Shown: positions 20,110-29,196 of the stretch, piece by piece | How the letters are laid out: each line of letters opens with the position of its first letter | Numbering within the stretch: position 1 is the stretch's first letter | Assembly: GCA_964235575.1 (NCBI GenBank) | Contig: CAXSDM010000001.1 | Location: forward strand, 72,863-109,635 | DNA length: 36,773 nucleotides | Reading direction: 5' to 3' | Source of the DNA: an uncultured Acidobacteriaceae bacterium | GTDB taxonomy: Bacteria > Acidobacteriota > Terriglobia > Terriglobales > Acidobacteriaceae | Notes under the pieces: model-generated | Seen by the model: only the letters and a program-made list of their open reading frames with translations | Databases searched by the model: none | Told to the model about the DNA's origin: nothing | Made by a program: the position numbers and the translations under genes

Positions 20110-21315
20110 TCAGGCGGGCCGGCTTCTCATGGTGGCCGCAAGCGCAGCCCCGGCGGCCGCGGCACACGCCCATCCATAGGCCATCACGGCGCGTGAGCGT
20201 CCTCCAAGTACATGTGCCATCCCGAGTATCAGAAGCGGGCTGGCAAACTGCCCGAAGGCAAATGCGGATTGCCACGCCCCGGTGCCGCGTCCGCGCACGC
20301 GAGCAGGCAGCGTGGAAAGTGTCCAGCTCATCAGTGTGGGCAGCGCCAGGCCTGAACCCAGATCGTTCAGCGCACCCCCAGCCACGGTGCTTGCATAGCC
20401 CTTGCTCATTGCCACGACAAAGAAGCCTGCGCTCGACAGCACCAGGCTGAGTGCAAGCTTTGTGACAAAACGCGCGCGAAGGAACCGGAAGAGCACCGCT
20501 CCCAGGGGCATCGCCAGTACAGCGATCGCCGTGCCCCGGCCAATCAGCTTCGGCGACGTAATGCCGCGCTCGGCAAGTAGAAAGCCAAGCTGGATAACGA
20601 CGATGTAAAAGGCCGTACTGACAAACGCGGTGATCAGGCAGATGGAGACGGTTGGCCCCCAGCGGAAGTCCGTGACGTCCGCTTCTTCGGCCACCGGCTG
20701 AAGCGCTGCACTCACCGATTCCAGCGGCTTCCCCGGCTCCCAGACCAGGATCAACACAAGCGGCACCAGAAGAAAGCTAAGCCCGTAGATCGCAAACGGC
20801 GTGCGCCAACTCGCTTCCCCGAGCAGACCGCCAAGGCCGATCATCAGGATAGCGATGACGTTGGCGGAACCGGTTTGCAAGGCGAACCAGTGCTCGCGGC
20901 GCTTGCCCGAAAAGTAGTCGCCAATCAACGCGGTCGCCGAGGTCATGATCATCGCCTCGGTAAAGCCCACACCCGCTCGCGACGCGACAATGGCCCGCAG
21001 CGAGCCAAGCCACAACGGCGCGATACCGAACACTCCGTAGATGGCGAGGCCGGCAAGCAGCAGCCGGCGCCGGCCCACGTTATCCGCGAGCAGACCGAAA
21101 GGCACGGCGAGCAGAGAGATGAACAGCGCCGGAAGCGTCGCCACCAGGGCGATCCCTACGTTCTCGTGCGCAGCTCCGTGGAAGGTGGACGTCATCCTGG
21201 GAAGCACAGGCGCGATCACAGCGCTTGCCATGGCGGCCAGCCACGTGCAGGCGATCAGGACCCAGGCCTGCGGTGCGCCGGGTGTTTTTTCTTTGACAGA
21301 ATGAATTCCGGTCAC
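20110..21315 (-). CDS. MFS transporter
   Basis: About 12 hydrophobic segments; motif A (GLLADNVGRRRLL) and its second-half repeat (PARVRGRGTG). GTG start. Confidence 0.9.
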   Translation of the reverse strand: MTGIHSVKEKTPGAPQAWVLIACTWLAAMASAVIAPVLPRMTSTFHGAAHENVGIALVATLPALFISLLAVPFGLLADNVGRRRLLLAGLAIYGVFGIAPLWLGSLRAIVASRAGVGFTEAMIMTSATALIGDYFSGKRREHWFALQTGSANVIAILMIGLGGLLGEASWRTPFAIYGLSFLLVPLVLILVWEPGKPLESVSAALQPVAEEADVTDFRWGPTVSICLITAFVSTAFYIVVIQLGFLLAERGITSPKLIGRGTAIAVLAMPLGAVLFRFLRARFVTKLALSLVLSSAGFFVVAMSKGYASTVAGGALNDLGSGLALPTLMSWTLSTLPARVRGRGTGAWQSAFAFGQFASPLLILGMAHVLGGRSRAVMAYGWACAAAAGAALAATMRSRPA

Positions 21316-21330
21316 CGTGTCCTCACGCTC

Positions 21331-21360
21331 TTGTCACCCATTGACTTCACGGAGTAAAGT
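21331..21360 (+). promoter_or_regulatory. Operator copy 3 (TGTCACCCATTGACT) overlapping putative promoter TTGTCA-N18-TAAAGT
   Basis: 21332-21346 lies in the divergent MFS/E1 spacer; its reverse complement AGTCAATGGGTGACA matches copy 1 at 13/15. Confidence 0.65.
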
Positions 21361-21384
21361 TACACCTGCAGAAAGCTCCCACGC

Positions 21385-21401
21385 AATTGTGTAACACAAT
21401 T
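21385..21401. promoter_or_regulatory. Perfect palindrome AATTGTGT-A-ACACAATT (candidate PaaX-type operator)
   Basis: 8-bp arms about 20 nt upstream of the E1 start; 14/17 similar to the box in the paaX/paaA spacer. Confidence 0.6.
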
Positions 21402-21421
21402 TGTTAGGAAGTGAGTTGAGC

Positions 21422-23506
21422 ATGCCACCGAAGCGTACCCGCAGGAACGTACCTGAAAAGGCGAGCAAGCCCACTGCCGGCAGCGGTTCGTCGCTTTCCG
21501 TCGATTGGCGCCGCGTCGCGAGAACCTTCCTGGTCTCTCGCGCTCTCGATGAGCTGGAGGAAACGACTTTGCTCCCGCAGAAGAAAATTCTGTATCAGTT
21601 CTCTGCGCGCGGCCACGAGCTCGGCCAGATACTTCTGGGCATGAAGCTGGACCAGAAGCACGATGCCGCGAGCGGCTATTACCGCTCTCGACCCTTGCTG
21701 CTGACTCTGGGTCTCAGTGTGCGCGAAGCGCTCGCTGGCGGCATGGCAAAGGCCGGCGGCCTGTGTGACGGGCGGGATATCGGCGTCGTCTTCAACTACC
21801 CCAACGACAACGGCTGCACCTTGCTGCCCATGGCTGGTGGCGTCGGCACGCAGTACACCACCACCGCCGGGTGGGCGCACGCGATTCGCTACCACGCGGA
21901 AACGCTCGGCGACGACTCCTACAAGCGCTCCATGGCAGTGGTTCTGGGTGGTGATGGTTCGGTCGCTACCAATGGTTTCTGGGCCGCGCTCAACATCGCC
22001 ACCGTCCGCAAGCTGCCGATGCTTTTCTTCCTTGAAGACAACGGCTACGGGCTCAGCGTTCCGTCTACCGTGCAAACGCCGGGTGGCAACATGGCCAAAA
22101 ACTTGGCGGCCTTTGGCGACCTTCACATTCTGCACGCAGATACAAGGAACCCGGCGGAAACCGCGCAGGCGATGGATGACGCGGTAGAGTATGTGCGCAG
22201 CGGCAAGGGAGTCGTCCTGCTGCGGCTGGTGATGCCGCGGCTCAGCGGTCACTCCGGCCAGGATACGCAGACGTACAAGTCCAGCGACTTCGTCGATGAA
22301 GAGCGTGCGAAAGATCCGCTGCCGCACCTCCACTCCTTCCTGGTACCGAACACCCTGTCGGCAGAAGAGTGGAGCGCGCTCGAGCGCGACGCGGCTCAGA
22401 TCGTTCAGCAGGGATTGACCGAAGCATTAGCTCTGCCTGAGCCTGAGGCTACCGAGAAAGCCATTGTGCGACACCTGTTTGCCGAGGACGAGCCTGCGGT
22501 CGCACCCTCCACGCCGGCACCGCCCGATCCTGCCCGGACAAACATGCTTACCGCGATTCGCCGCACCATGGAGTCCGAGCTGAAGTTCAACCCGAAGCTG
22601 CTTATCTTCGGGGAAGATGTGGGCCTGAAGGGTGGCGTGCACGCCGCAACCATGGGACTTCAGGCGGAGTTTGGCGCAGATCGTGTGTTTGATTCCAGCT
22701 TGTCCGAAGAAGGCATCATCGGCAACGCCGTGGGCATGGCGCAGGCCGGCCTTCGACCCGTTGCCGAAATTCAGTTTCGGAAATATGCCGAACCCGGTAC
22801 GGAACAACTAAGCGACTGCGGAACCATGCGCTGGCGCACAGCTAACCGCTTCAGCGCGCCCATCGTTGTGCGAATGCCCGGGGGCTTCGGTTCGAAGTGC
22901 GGCGATCCCTGGCACAGCGTTTCGAGCGAGGTCACCTTTGCTCACCAGATGGGTTGGCAGGTCATCTATCCGTCCAACGCCGAAGACGCGACCGGACTAC
23001 TGCGCACCGCGATGCGGAGTCACAACCCAAGCATCTTCTTTGAACACCGCGCGCAGCTTGACTCCTCATGGGCTCGCCGCGCTTACCCCGGCGACAGCTT
23101 TGTGCTGCCGCTGGGCCTGGCGAAAACGGTGCAGGCAGGCACAGACTTGACGATCGTCACCTGGGGCGCCATGGTCGAGCGCTGCCTGCTGGCCTCAACT
23201 CAAGCCGGCGCTTCGGTGGACGTGATTGATCTTCGCACCATCGTTCCGTGGGATCGAGCGACTGTGCTCGCCTCTGTGGCGAAAACGCGCCGCTGCATCG
23301 TAGTGCATGAGGACACGATGACCGGTGGCTTCGGCGCGGAAATCGCCGCAACCATCTCTCGCGAGAGCTTCTTGCAACTCGACGCGCCTGTAGAGCGAAT
23401 GGCTGTCCCCGACATTCCGCTGCCTTATAACGTTGCGCTGCTTGAAACGATTCTACCGACCGTGAGTTCGATCGCAATCCAAATCCGCGCCACACTCGAG
23501 TTCTAA
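21422..23506 (+). CDS. 2-oxoacid dehydrogenase E1, fused alpha+beta (branched-chain/aromatic type)
   Basis: ThDP motif GDGSVATN...EDNGYG and RLSGHS; beta half with FGEDVG, LSEEGIIG, RPVAEIQF, HS, FFEH and IDLRTIVPWD. Confidence 0.92.
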   Translation: MPPKRTRRNVPEKASKPTAGSGSSLSVDWRRVARTFLVSRALDELEETTLLPQKKILYQFSARGHELGQILLGMKLDQKHDAASGYYRSRPLLLTLGLSVREALAGGMAKAGGLCDGRDIGVVFNYPNDNGCTLLPMAGGVGTQYTTTAGWAHAIRYHAETLGDDSYKRSMAVVLGGDGSVATNGFWAALNIATVRKLPMLFFLEDNGYGLSVPSTVQTPGGNMAKNLAAFGDLHILHADTRNPAETAQAMDDAVEYVRSGKGVVLLRLVMPRLSGHSGQDTQTYKSSDFVDEERAKDPLPHLHSFLVPNTLSAEEWSALERDAAQIVQQGLTEALALPEPEATEKAIVRHLFAEDEPAVAPSTPAPPDPARTNMLTAIRRTMESELKFNPKLLIFGEDVGLKGGVHAATMGLQAEFGADRVFDSSLSEEGIIGNAVGMAQAGLRPVAEIQFRKYAEPGTEQLSDCGTMRWRTANRFSAPIVVRMPGGFGSKCGDPWHSVSSEVTFAHQMGWQVIYPSNAEDATGLLRTAMRSHNPSIFFEHRAQLDSSWARRAYPGDSFVLPLGLAKTVQAGTDLTIVTWGAMVERCLLASTQAGASVDVIDLRTIVPWDRATVLASVAKTRRCIVVHEDTMTGGFGAEIAATISRESFLQLDAPVERMAVPDIPLPYNVALLETILPTVSSIAIQIRATLEF

Positions 23507-23514
23507 GGAAGACC

Positions 23515-24726
23515 ATGGCCATCATCGACATACGCATGCCTAACGAGGAAAAGGAAGGCACCGAAGCTTCTCTTGGAACGTGGTTCAAAGCGGTAGGCGA
23601 GATGGTGTCCGAGCATGAGCCGCTCGTCGAAATCAACACGGACAAGGTGACTATCGAGATTGCCTCGCCTGCCACCGGTCGCATTGGCTTGCTCATCAAG
23701 CAGGGCGGAGACGCCGTGCTTCCAGGGGATCTGCTGGGTACCATCGAGACCGGCAACACGGTCTCCGCGGCATCTGCCCCGGAGGCTACGGAACAAGTAG
23801 CGCCCGTGTCGCCTGTTGTAGCGGAGGCTTCCGTCAGCAATCGGGACGCGACGTACTCCCCCGCAGTGAGGAAAATGCTCGCCGAGCTTGGGCTAGACCC
23901 AGCATCTATTCCCAAGACGAGCCGCGGCGGCCGTGTAACCCCGCAGGATATAGGCGCATTTCTGAAAGCGGGCGCCACCCCAGCAGCATCTCCGCAGGCG
24001 ACCTCAGCACCCGCCGCCACTCCCGAGGCCGCAGTGGTCGGCAGAAAAGTGCCGCACACACCCATGCGCAAGAGCATTGCCAAGCACATGGTGCAGAGCG
24101 TACAGGCCGCGCCGCACGTCACCTCTGTCTTTGAGGTCGACTTTTACAACGTTCTGGCCGATCGCGCGGCTCGCAAGCAGGCCTCCGCAGAGGCCGACGT
24201 ACCTTCGGTAACGGCCTACATCTTGCGCGCTGCGGTACAGGCGATCAAACTCTTCCCCGAAGTTAACAGCAAGTGGCACGACGCGTTTCTCGAGCAGTTC
24301 GACTACGTTAACTTTGGCGTCGGAACGTCGCTCGAAAATGGCGGCCTTGTAGTCCCGGTTCTCCGCGATACACAGAATATGGACCTCCTTGCGCTCTCGC
24401 AGGCTCTGCGTTCCATGACGAAGAAAGCCCGCGATGGCAAGCTTACCCAAGCGGATATGCAAGGCGGAACATTCACGCTCTCGAATCACGGTGTCGGTGG
24501 CAGTCTTCTTGCCGCGCCCATCATTCTGCCGCAGGGACAGTCGGCCATCCTCGGCACGGGCAAGCTGCAGAAGCGCGTCATCGTGTGCGAAACAGGCGGC
24601 CGCGAGCTCTTCCGCGTTCGGCCGATGATGTACGTCACGCTTACCATCGACCACCGCGTGCTTGATGGCCAGCAGACCAACGGCTTTTTGTCGGAGTTCG
24701 TCAAAGCGCTTGAAACACCCTCATAA
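23515..24726 (+). CDS. Dihydrolipoamide acyltransferase E2
   Basis: Lipoyl motif TDKVT, E3-binding domain (SPAVRKM...GGRVT..DI) and catalytic DHRVLDG. Confidence 0.93.
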   Translation: MAIIDIRMPNEEKEGTEASLGTWFKAVGEMVSEHEPLVEINTDKVTIEIASPATGRIGLLIKQGGDAVLPGDLLGTIETGNTVSAASAPEATEQVAPVSPVVAEASVSNRDATYSPAVRKMLAELGLDPASIPKTSRGGRVTPQDIGAFLKAGATPAASPQATSAPAATPEAAVVGRKVPHTPMRKSIAKHMVQSVQAAPHVTSVFEVDFYNVLADRAARKQASAEADVPSVTAYILRAAVQAIKLFPEVNSKWHDAFLEQFDYVNFGVGTSLENGGLVVPVLRDTQNMDLLALSQALRSMTKKARDGKLTQADMQGGTFTLSNHGVGGSLLAAPIILPQGQSAILGTGKLQKRVIVCETGGRELFRVRPMMYVTLTIDHRVLDGQQTNGFLSEFVKALETPS

Positions 24727-24846
24727 GCTTCGTCCGCGAACTCATGACTCCAGAAGACACATCGGTGACAGAACGCCTGCTGCTTGGATCGGATGCGCAG
24801 CTGCGCGCGGCTCCCTTAGCGTGTAGCAGAAATTGTAGGAGGAACT

Positions 24847-25248
24847 ATGGATGAAGACCGCATAGCCATCGAGACACTCTTGACAAATTTCGGCCGCTGC
24901 GCGGACCGCGGTGACGGCGACGCACTCTCGCTGCTGTTTGTGACGGGCGGCGTACTGAACGTCAACTCGAAGCTCGCTGAAGGCCAGGCAGCCATCGCGA
25001 AGTTCACCAACGAACGCACAGCAGACCCGAACCGGAAGACGAGGCACCTCTGGTCTAACCTGCTCATCGAGCGGAAGGACGCCGACAGTGCGCAGGCTTC
25101 CTGCATGCAGATGACCTTCGAGCAGAAGGGCGACGGCCCAGTTTCCGTGCGCATCAACGACGTCGAGGACACGTTTGTGAGAATCACAGCTGGCGCATGG
25201 CGGTTCGCAAGCCGTACGATCACCCGACAGATGGCCATTGGCGCTTGA
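24847..25248 (+). CDS. SnoaL/NTF2-like protein
   Basis: Pattern DRIAIETLL..F..CAD.GD....LF, TRHLWSN, DTFVR...WRFASRTI; AGGAGG RBS. Confidence 0.82.
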   Translation: MDEDRIAIETLLTNFGRCADRGDGDALSLLFVTGGVLNVNSKLAEGQAAIAKFTNERTADPNRKTRHLWSNLLIERKDADSAQASCMQMTFEQKGDGPVSVRINDVEDTFVRITAGAWRFASRTITRQMAIGA

Positions 25249-25282
25249 CCAAAATTTCATACCTCAGAACAAGGAGCTCCTC

Positions 25283-25711
25283 ATGGAACTGTTGACACTT
25301 GCCCAGGCGAACAAGATCATCGAAGCCTCACTCGCCAAGGCGCATGAACTCGGTTTGAAGCCGATGACGGTAGCTGTGCTCGATGCAGGTGGCCATCTCG
25401 TAGCGTTTGGCCGTGAAGACCGCAGCAGCATTCTTCGTCCACAAATAGCGCAGGCAAAAGCATGGGGCGCGCTTGGGATGGGCATGAGTACACGCGCGCT
25501 TGCCGAACGTGCGGCTTCACATGGCGCGTTTGTCAATGCCCTGGGAACCATTTCGGAAGGGCGTATCGCCCCCGTACCCGGAGGTGTGCTCATCCTGGAT
25601 GCGAACGGCGACACGATGGGTTCTGTCGGCATATCCGGCGATCTTCCCGACAAGGACGAAGCCTGCGCGATCGCGGGGATAGAAGCCGTGGAGCTGAAAG
25701 CGGGCGTCTAA
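25283..25711 (+). CDS. GlcG/HbpS-family (heme-binding) protein
   Basis: VAVLDAGGHLVAF.RED, IAQAKAWGA, PGGVLI and GSVGISG...DKDEACA; AAGGAG RBS. Confidence 0.9.
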   Translation: MELLTLAQANKIIEASLAKAHELGLKPMTVAVLDAGGHLVAFGREDRSSILRPQIAQAKAWGALGMGMSTRALAERAASHGAFVNALGTISEGRIAPVPGGVLILDANGDTMGSVGISGDLPDKDEACAIAGIEAVELKAGV

Positions 25712-25730
25712 CGCACCTGCAGCGCACGGC

Positions 25731-25770
25731 AAAGCGGCCCGACAGGATGACCTGCCGGGCCGCTTCTTTT
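25731..25770. terminator. Intrinsic terminator, possibly bidirectional
   Basis: AAGCGGCCCGACAGG-ATGA-CCTGCCGGGCCGCTT stem followed by CTTTT, between the convergent GlcG and TonB-receptor genes. Confidence 0.8.
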
Positions 25771-25787
25771 CGTTCCGGTGTAACGGT

Positions 25788-28700
25788 CTAGAAGAGCACC
25801 TTGAGCGCGAACTGGGCCTGCCGCGAAGTGCCATTGGTTGAGTTGAAGCTGCCGGCCGCTGGGTTATATCCAACGATCTGGTTGAGCGTTACGGCACCCG
25901 CAGCCGGCGAGCCGGGAGTGTTCGCGGGCGTAGCGGGTGCACCCTGGATGGCGACAAGGTTCGGGAAGCCGAGGTTTGTGTGGTTGAACACATTGAACAG
26001 TTCACCGCGAACTTCCACGCTGATGTTCTCGCCGAGACGAGTGTTCTTCACCAGTGCCATGTCGAGGTTCTTGAAGCCCGGAGCAACAAGCGAATCGCGA
26101 CGTTCATTGCCGATGGTTCCAAGGGGTTGAACCATAAAGGCGCATGGGTTATACCAGTGCGCTTTGTTATGCACGGTTGCCGGAGCCGTGCAGGTGGGGT
26201 TCGCAGCAACGGGTCCGCCGAGGTTTGGATTTCCCACCACGTTGGCTCGTTCGTTCTTGGGAGAGTTGTTGAAGTTCTCGCGATCGAAGCCATCCAGAAC
26301 GTTGTAGGGTGTGCCCGACCGCAGCTGCACGAGCGCTGTCGCTTCCCAGCCGTTTACGAAGCGGTTGTCCCCATGCTTCGGAAGCTGATACACCAGATTC
26401 GCTGTGCCTACATGCCTTGTATCGAACGCCGCAGGTCCGTAGTCTCCACGAGGATGAAACGGATCTTCGACCAACGTATTTCCATTGATCAGCTCAGTGG
26501 CATTCGTCAACGAACTGATGTCCAGGGCCTTCGACCATGTGTAATTCACCTGGAACTGTACCCCGTGGTTCAACGAGCGTACCAGGCTGCTTTGCAGCGA
26601 ATGGTAGTTGGAGGAGCCACCCGACGGATCATAGGCAAGCGAACTGAAATTCGTGTTGCCTCGCACATAGCCGCGCGCTCCCGGAACAGGGAAGTAGCGC
26701 GTTCCGCTGGGCAGAGCCGCAGCCGTGGGATTGAATGGGTCGGCGCATGGGCAGATCTGTGAAACGGGTGGATTTACATCCGTCAGGTAGAACAGATGCC
26801 GTCCAAAGTTACCGACGTACGACACCGTCAACACAGTCGCTTTATCCAGTTTCTGTTGCACTCCAAGACTTGCCTCTGTCTGGAATGGCGTCGTGGTCCC
26901 GTTGTAGAACAGCTCGTTTGAAGCAGTGGGAACACCCACGCGACCACTGAGCGGGTTAGGGAATGGGACAACGCCACCGGCGATCACCTGCAGGTTATAC
27001 GCTCCAGTCAGCAACTGCGGTGCAATGTAGGTACGTGCCTGGATCGCATTGTGGTAAATGCCGACACCGCCTCGGATCGCTGTGCTTCCGTCCCCAGGCG
27101 CGTACGAAAAGCCGAGCCGTGGATCGATGTTCTTCAACGAGGGATTGTTGCTGTAAGGGTGTTGCGACGAGACAAACGCGGGGTCGGTTGCGGGATTTGC
27201 GAGAACAACGAACTTGCCGTTCGCCTCAATGGGGTTTGTTTCAAACTCGTAACGCAGCCCCACGTTGACGGAAAGGTGCGCGTTCACTTTCCAGTCATCC
27301 TGGATATAGGGGCTCACGTCGACTTCTCTGGAATTGCGTTCGCCGTTTGAACCGGGGGCCGCAAACACCAGCGCCGAAGCGCTATCGGTCAGAAAACTGC
27401 TGAGATTGGCGAAAGTATATTGACCGTCGGAGAACAGGTTGATCTGCGCGTTCGTCAACACGGAAGTGACATCCACTCCGAATTGAAGCTGGTGCGACTT
27501 GACCGTGAGATACGCGTCGTCCTGCAGCGCATACCGGTTCTGGATGAAGCGGGTCGGTCCCATAACGCTTGGACCAAAGCCCTGGCTAGCGCTTCCGCTC
27601 GGCAGCAGGCTGGTGATAAACAGGCTGCCGTACTGGCGCCCGGGCAGCAGCTGCAACGCGGCAAAGGTGGGGTCTTTGTACCCCTGGCGTGCGCCAAAGC
27701 CCGTCCGTGTAAAGTGCAACCGCGCCGTGTTCAGAAGCTTCGGGCTGAAGATGTGCTTTTCTTCGATCGTCGCAAAACGATTGCGCTGGATCGATGTTTC
27801 CGGAAATCCTGCTGTCAGAAGCCCTGGGTACGGGTCGACGAGCACAGCGTTGTCGGAAACGTAGCGGAACGCCAGGTTGTCCTTCGACGAAAGATACTGA
27901 TCGACACGCGCCTGGAAGTAGTCTTCGTTCGCGGGGTTCGGTGCGACCGAGGTGAGCCGGCCGGAGCCATCTCCGTTATCCGTTCCGTTGGGCTGTGGGA
28001 AGAGCGCGAGGAACGGTGCAACGGCAGCGTTCACGCCAAAACTCTGCAAATACGGGTTCAGCGACGGGTTTGGAGCTGTGGTCGTCCCTGAAGCCTTGCA
28101 CACAGCCGCATTCGCGACGGTCAGGGTGCATGGTAGAAAGCCGGTGCGCGCGTTCACGTTGGGTACGTTGGATGTCAGCAACTCACCCAATTGTTGACGA
28201 AGTCCTTCGTAGTTCAAAAACCCGAATGTGCGGTCGTGGCGAATCGGAAAGCCGACGCTGCCGCCAAACTGGTTGCGGCGAAAGGATGGCGGCCCACTCG
28301 CCGGATCGAAATAGTTTCGCGCGTCGAAGACGCTGTTGCGAACGAACTCATACACCGACCCATGAACGTTGTTGGTACCCGAGCGTGTCACGGCGTTAAT
28401 CACACTGCCGCTTCCGCCAAACTGTGCCCCATAGACACCCGTGAGGATCTGGAACTCGGCGATGCCATCGATGCCGAGCGAGGTGCCCACAATGCTCGCG
28501 CCAGACCCGCGCGCCCAATACCCCTGTATGTTCGCGCCGTCCAGCAGTTCCGCCTGGCCCTCGGGCCGGGCACCGGAAACCGAGAAGGAAGGGGACCTGC
28601 CATAGATCGAATTCCGGGGCGAACCCGTGGAAGGTTGAACGCCTGGCGCCAGCAAGACCAGTTGCTCGAAGTTGCGTCCATTGAGCGGCAACTCGTGAAT

Positions 28701-29153
28701 CTGCTGCGGGCTGATCAGTGTGCTCTGCTCGCCCGAGGTCGAGTTCACCTCGCTCTGCACATCCGAGCTGACATCCACGGTTGTGCTTTGCGAGCCAGCC
28801 GCAAGCGGAACGTCGACCGTCAGCTGTGCGCCCACCGTCACCTCGATGCCATCTTTCGTTGCGGTACCAAAACCGGAGGAGGTCGCCGTCAATCTGTATC
28901 GGCCGATGTTGACGTCGGGTACCGAGTAGTGCCCGCGCTTGTCCGCAACAGTTGTGCGCACCACGCTCGTTCCGGTATCTGTCAGGGTCAACGTTGCCCC
29001 CGGGATTACCGCGCCCGTCGTGTCGGTGACTGTTCCGTTTAAGGTTCCTGTGCCGAGTTGAGCGTAGAGCGAGACAGAAGCGCTGCCGAAAAGGGTAAGG
29101 AGGAGACCCAGTGTTCCGAGCCAATACTTGGGTGAGCGGTGGGTATATTGCAT
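25788..29153 (-). CDS. TonB-dependent outer-membrane receptor (acidobacterial Oar-like, with carboxypeptidase-regulatory-like N-domain)
   Basis: Signal peptide, GTVTDTTGAVIPGA, LPLNGRNF..L..LAPGV, TRSGTN..HG..YEF.RN, RNQFGG, YIQDDWK and C-terminal RQAQFALKVLF. Start set at MQYTHR. Confidence 0.93.
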   Translation of the reverse strand: MQYTHRSPKYWLGTLGLLLTLFGSASVSLYAQLGTGTLNGTVTDTTGAVIPGATLTLTDTGTSVVRTTVADKRGHYSVPDVNIGRYRLTATSSGFGTATKDGIEVTVGAQLTVDVPLAAGSQSTTVDVSSDVQSEVNSTSGEQSTLISPQQIHELPLNGRNFEQLVLLAPGVQPSTGSPRNSIYGRSPSFSVSGARPEGQAELLDGANIQGYWARGSGASIVGTSLGIDGIAEFQILTGVYGAQFGGSGSVINAVTRSGTNNVHGSVYEFVRNSVFDARNYFDPASGPPSFRRNQFGGSVGFPIRHDRTFGFLNYEGLRQQLGELLTSNVPNVNARTGFLPCTLTVANAAVCKASGTTTAPNPSLNPYLQSFGVNAAVAPFLALFPQPNGTDNGDGSGRLTSVAPNPANEDYFQARVDQYLSSKDNLAFRYVSDNAVLVDPYPGLLTAGFPETSIQRNRFATIEEKHIFSPKLLNTARLHFTRTGFGARQGYKDPTFAALQLLPGRQYGSLFITSLLPSGSASQGFGPSVMGPTRFIQNRYALQDDAYLTVKSHQLQFGVDVTSVLTNAQINLFSDGQYTFANLSSFLTDSASALVFAAPGSNGERNSREVDVSPYIQDDWKVNAHLSVNVGLRYEFETNPIEANGKFVVLANPATDPAFVSSQHPYSNNPSLKNIDPRLGFSYAPGDGSTAIRGGVGIYHNAIQARTYIAPQLLTGAYNLQVIAGGVVPFPNPLSGRVGVPTASNELFYNGTTTPFQTEASLGVQQKLDKATVLTVSYVGNFGRHLFYLTDVNPPVSQICPCADPFNPTAAALPSGTRYFPVPGARGYVRGNTNFSSLAYDPSGGSSNYHSLQSSLVRSLNHGVQFQVNYTWSKALDISSLTNATELINGNTLVEDPFHPRGDYGPAAFDTRHVGTANLVYQLPKHGDNRFVNGWEATALVQLRSGTPYNVLDGFDRENFNNSPKNERANVVGNPNLGGPVAANPTCTAPATVHNKAHWYNPCAFMVQPLGTIGNERRDSLVAPGFKNLDMALVKNTRLGENISVEVRGELFNVFNHTNLGFPNLVAIQGAPATPANTPGSPAAGAVTLNQIVGYNPAAGSFNSTNGTSRQAQFALKVLF

Positions 29154-29196
29154 GGATTTCGGGTCCTGTCCCGCGCGGTTTTCTGGAGCGCCCCGA

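Noticed and set aside
24755-24770. AGACACATCGGTGACA as a further operator copy upstream of snoaL
   Set aside because: Wrong spacing and several mismatches to the consensus.
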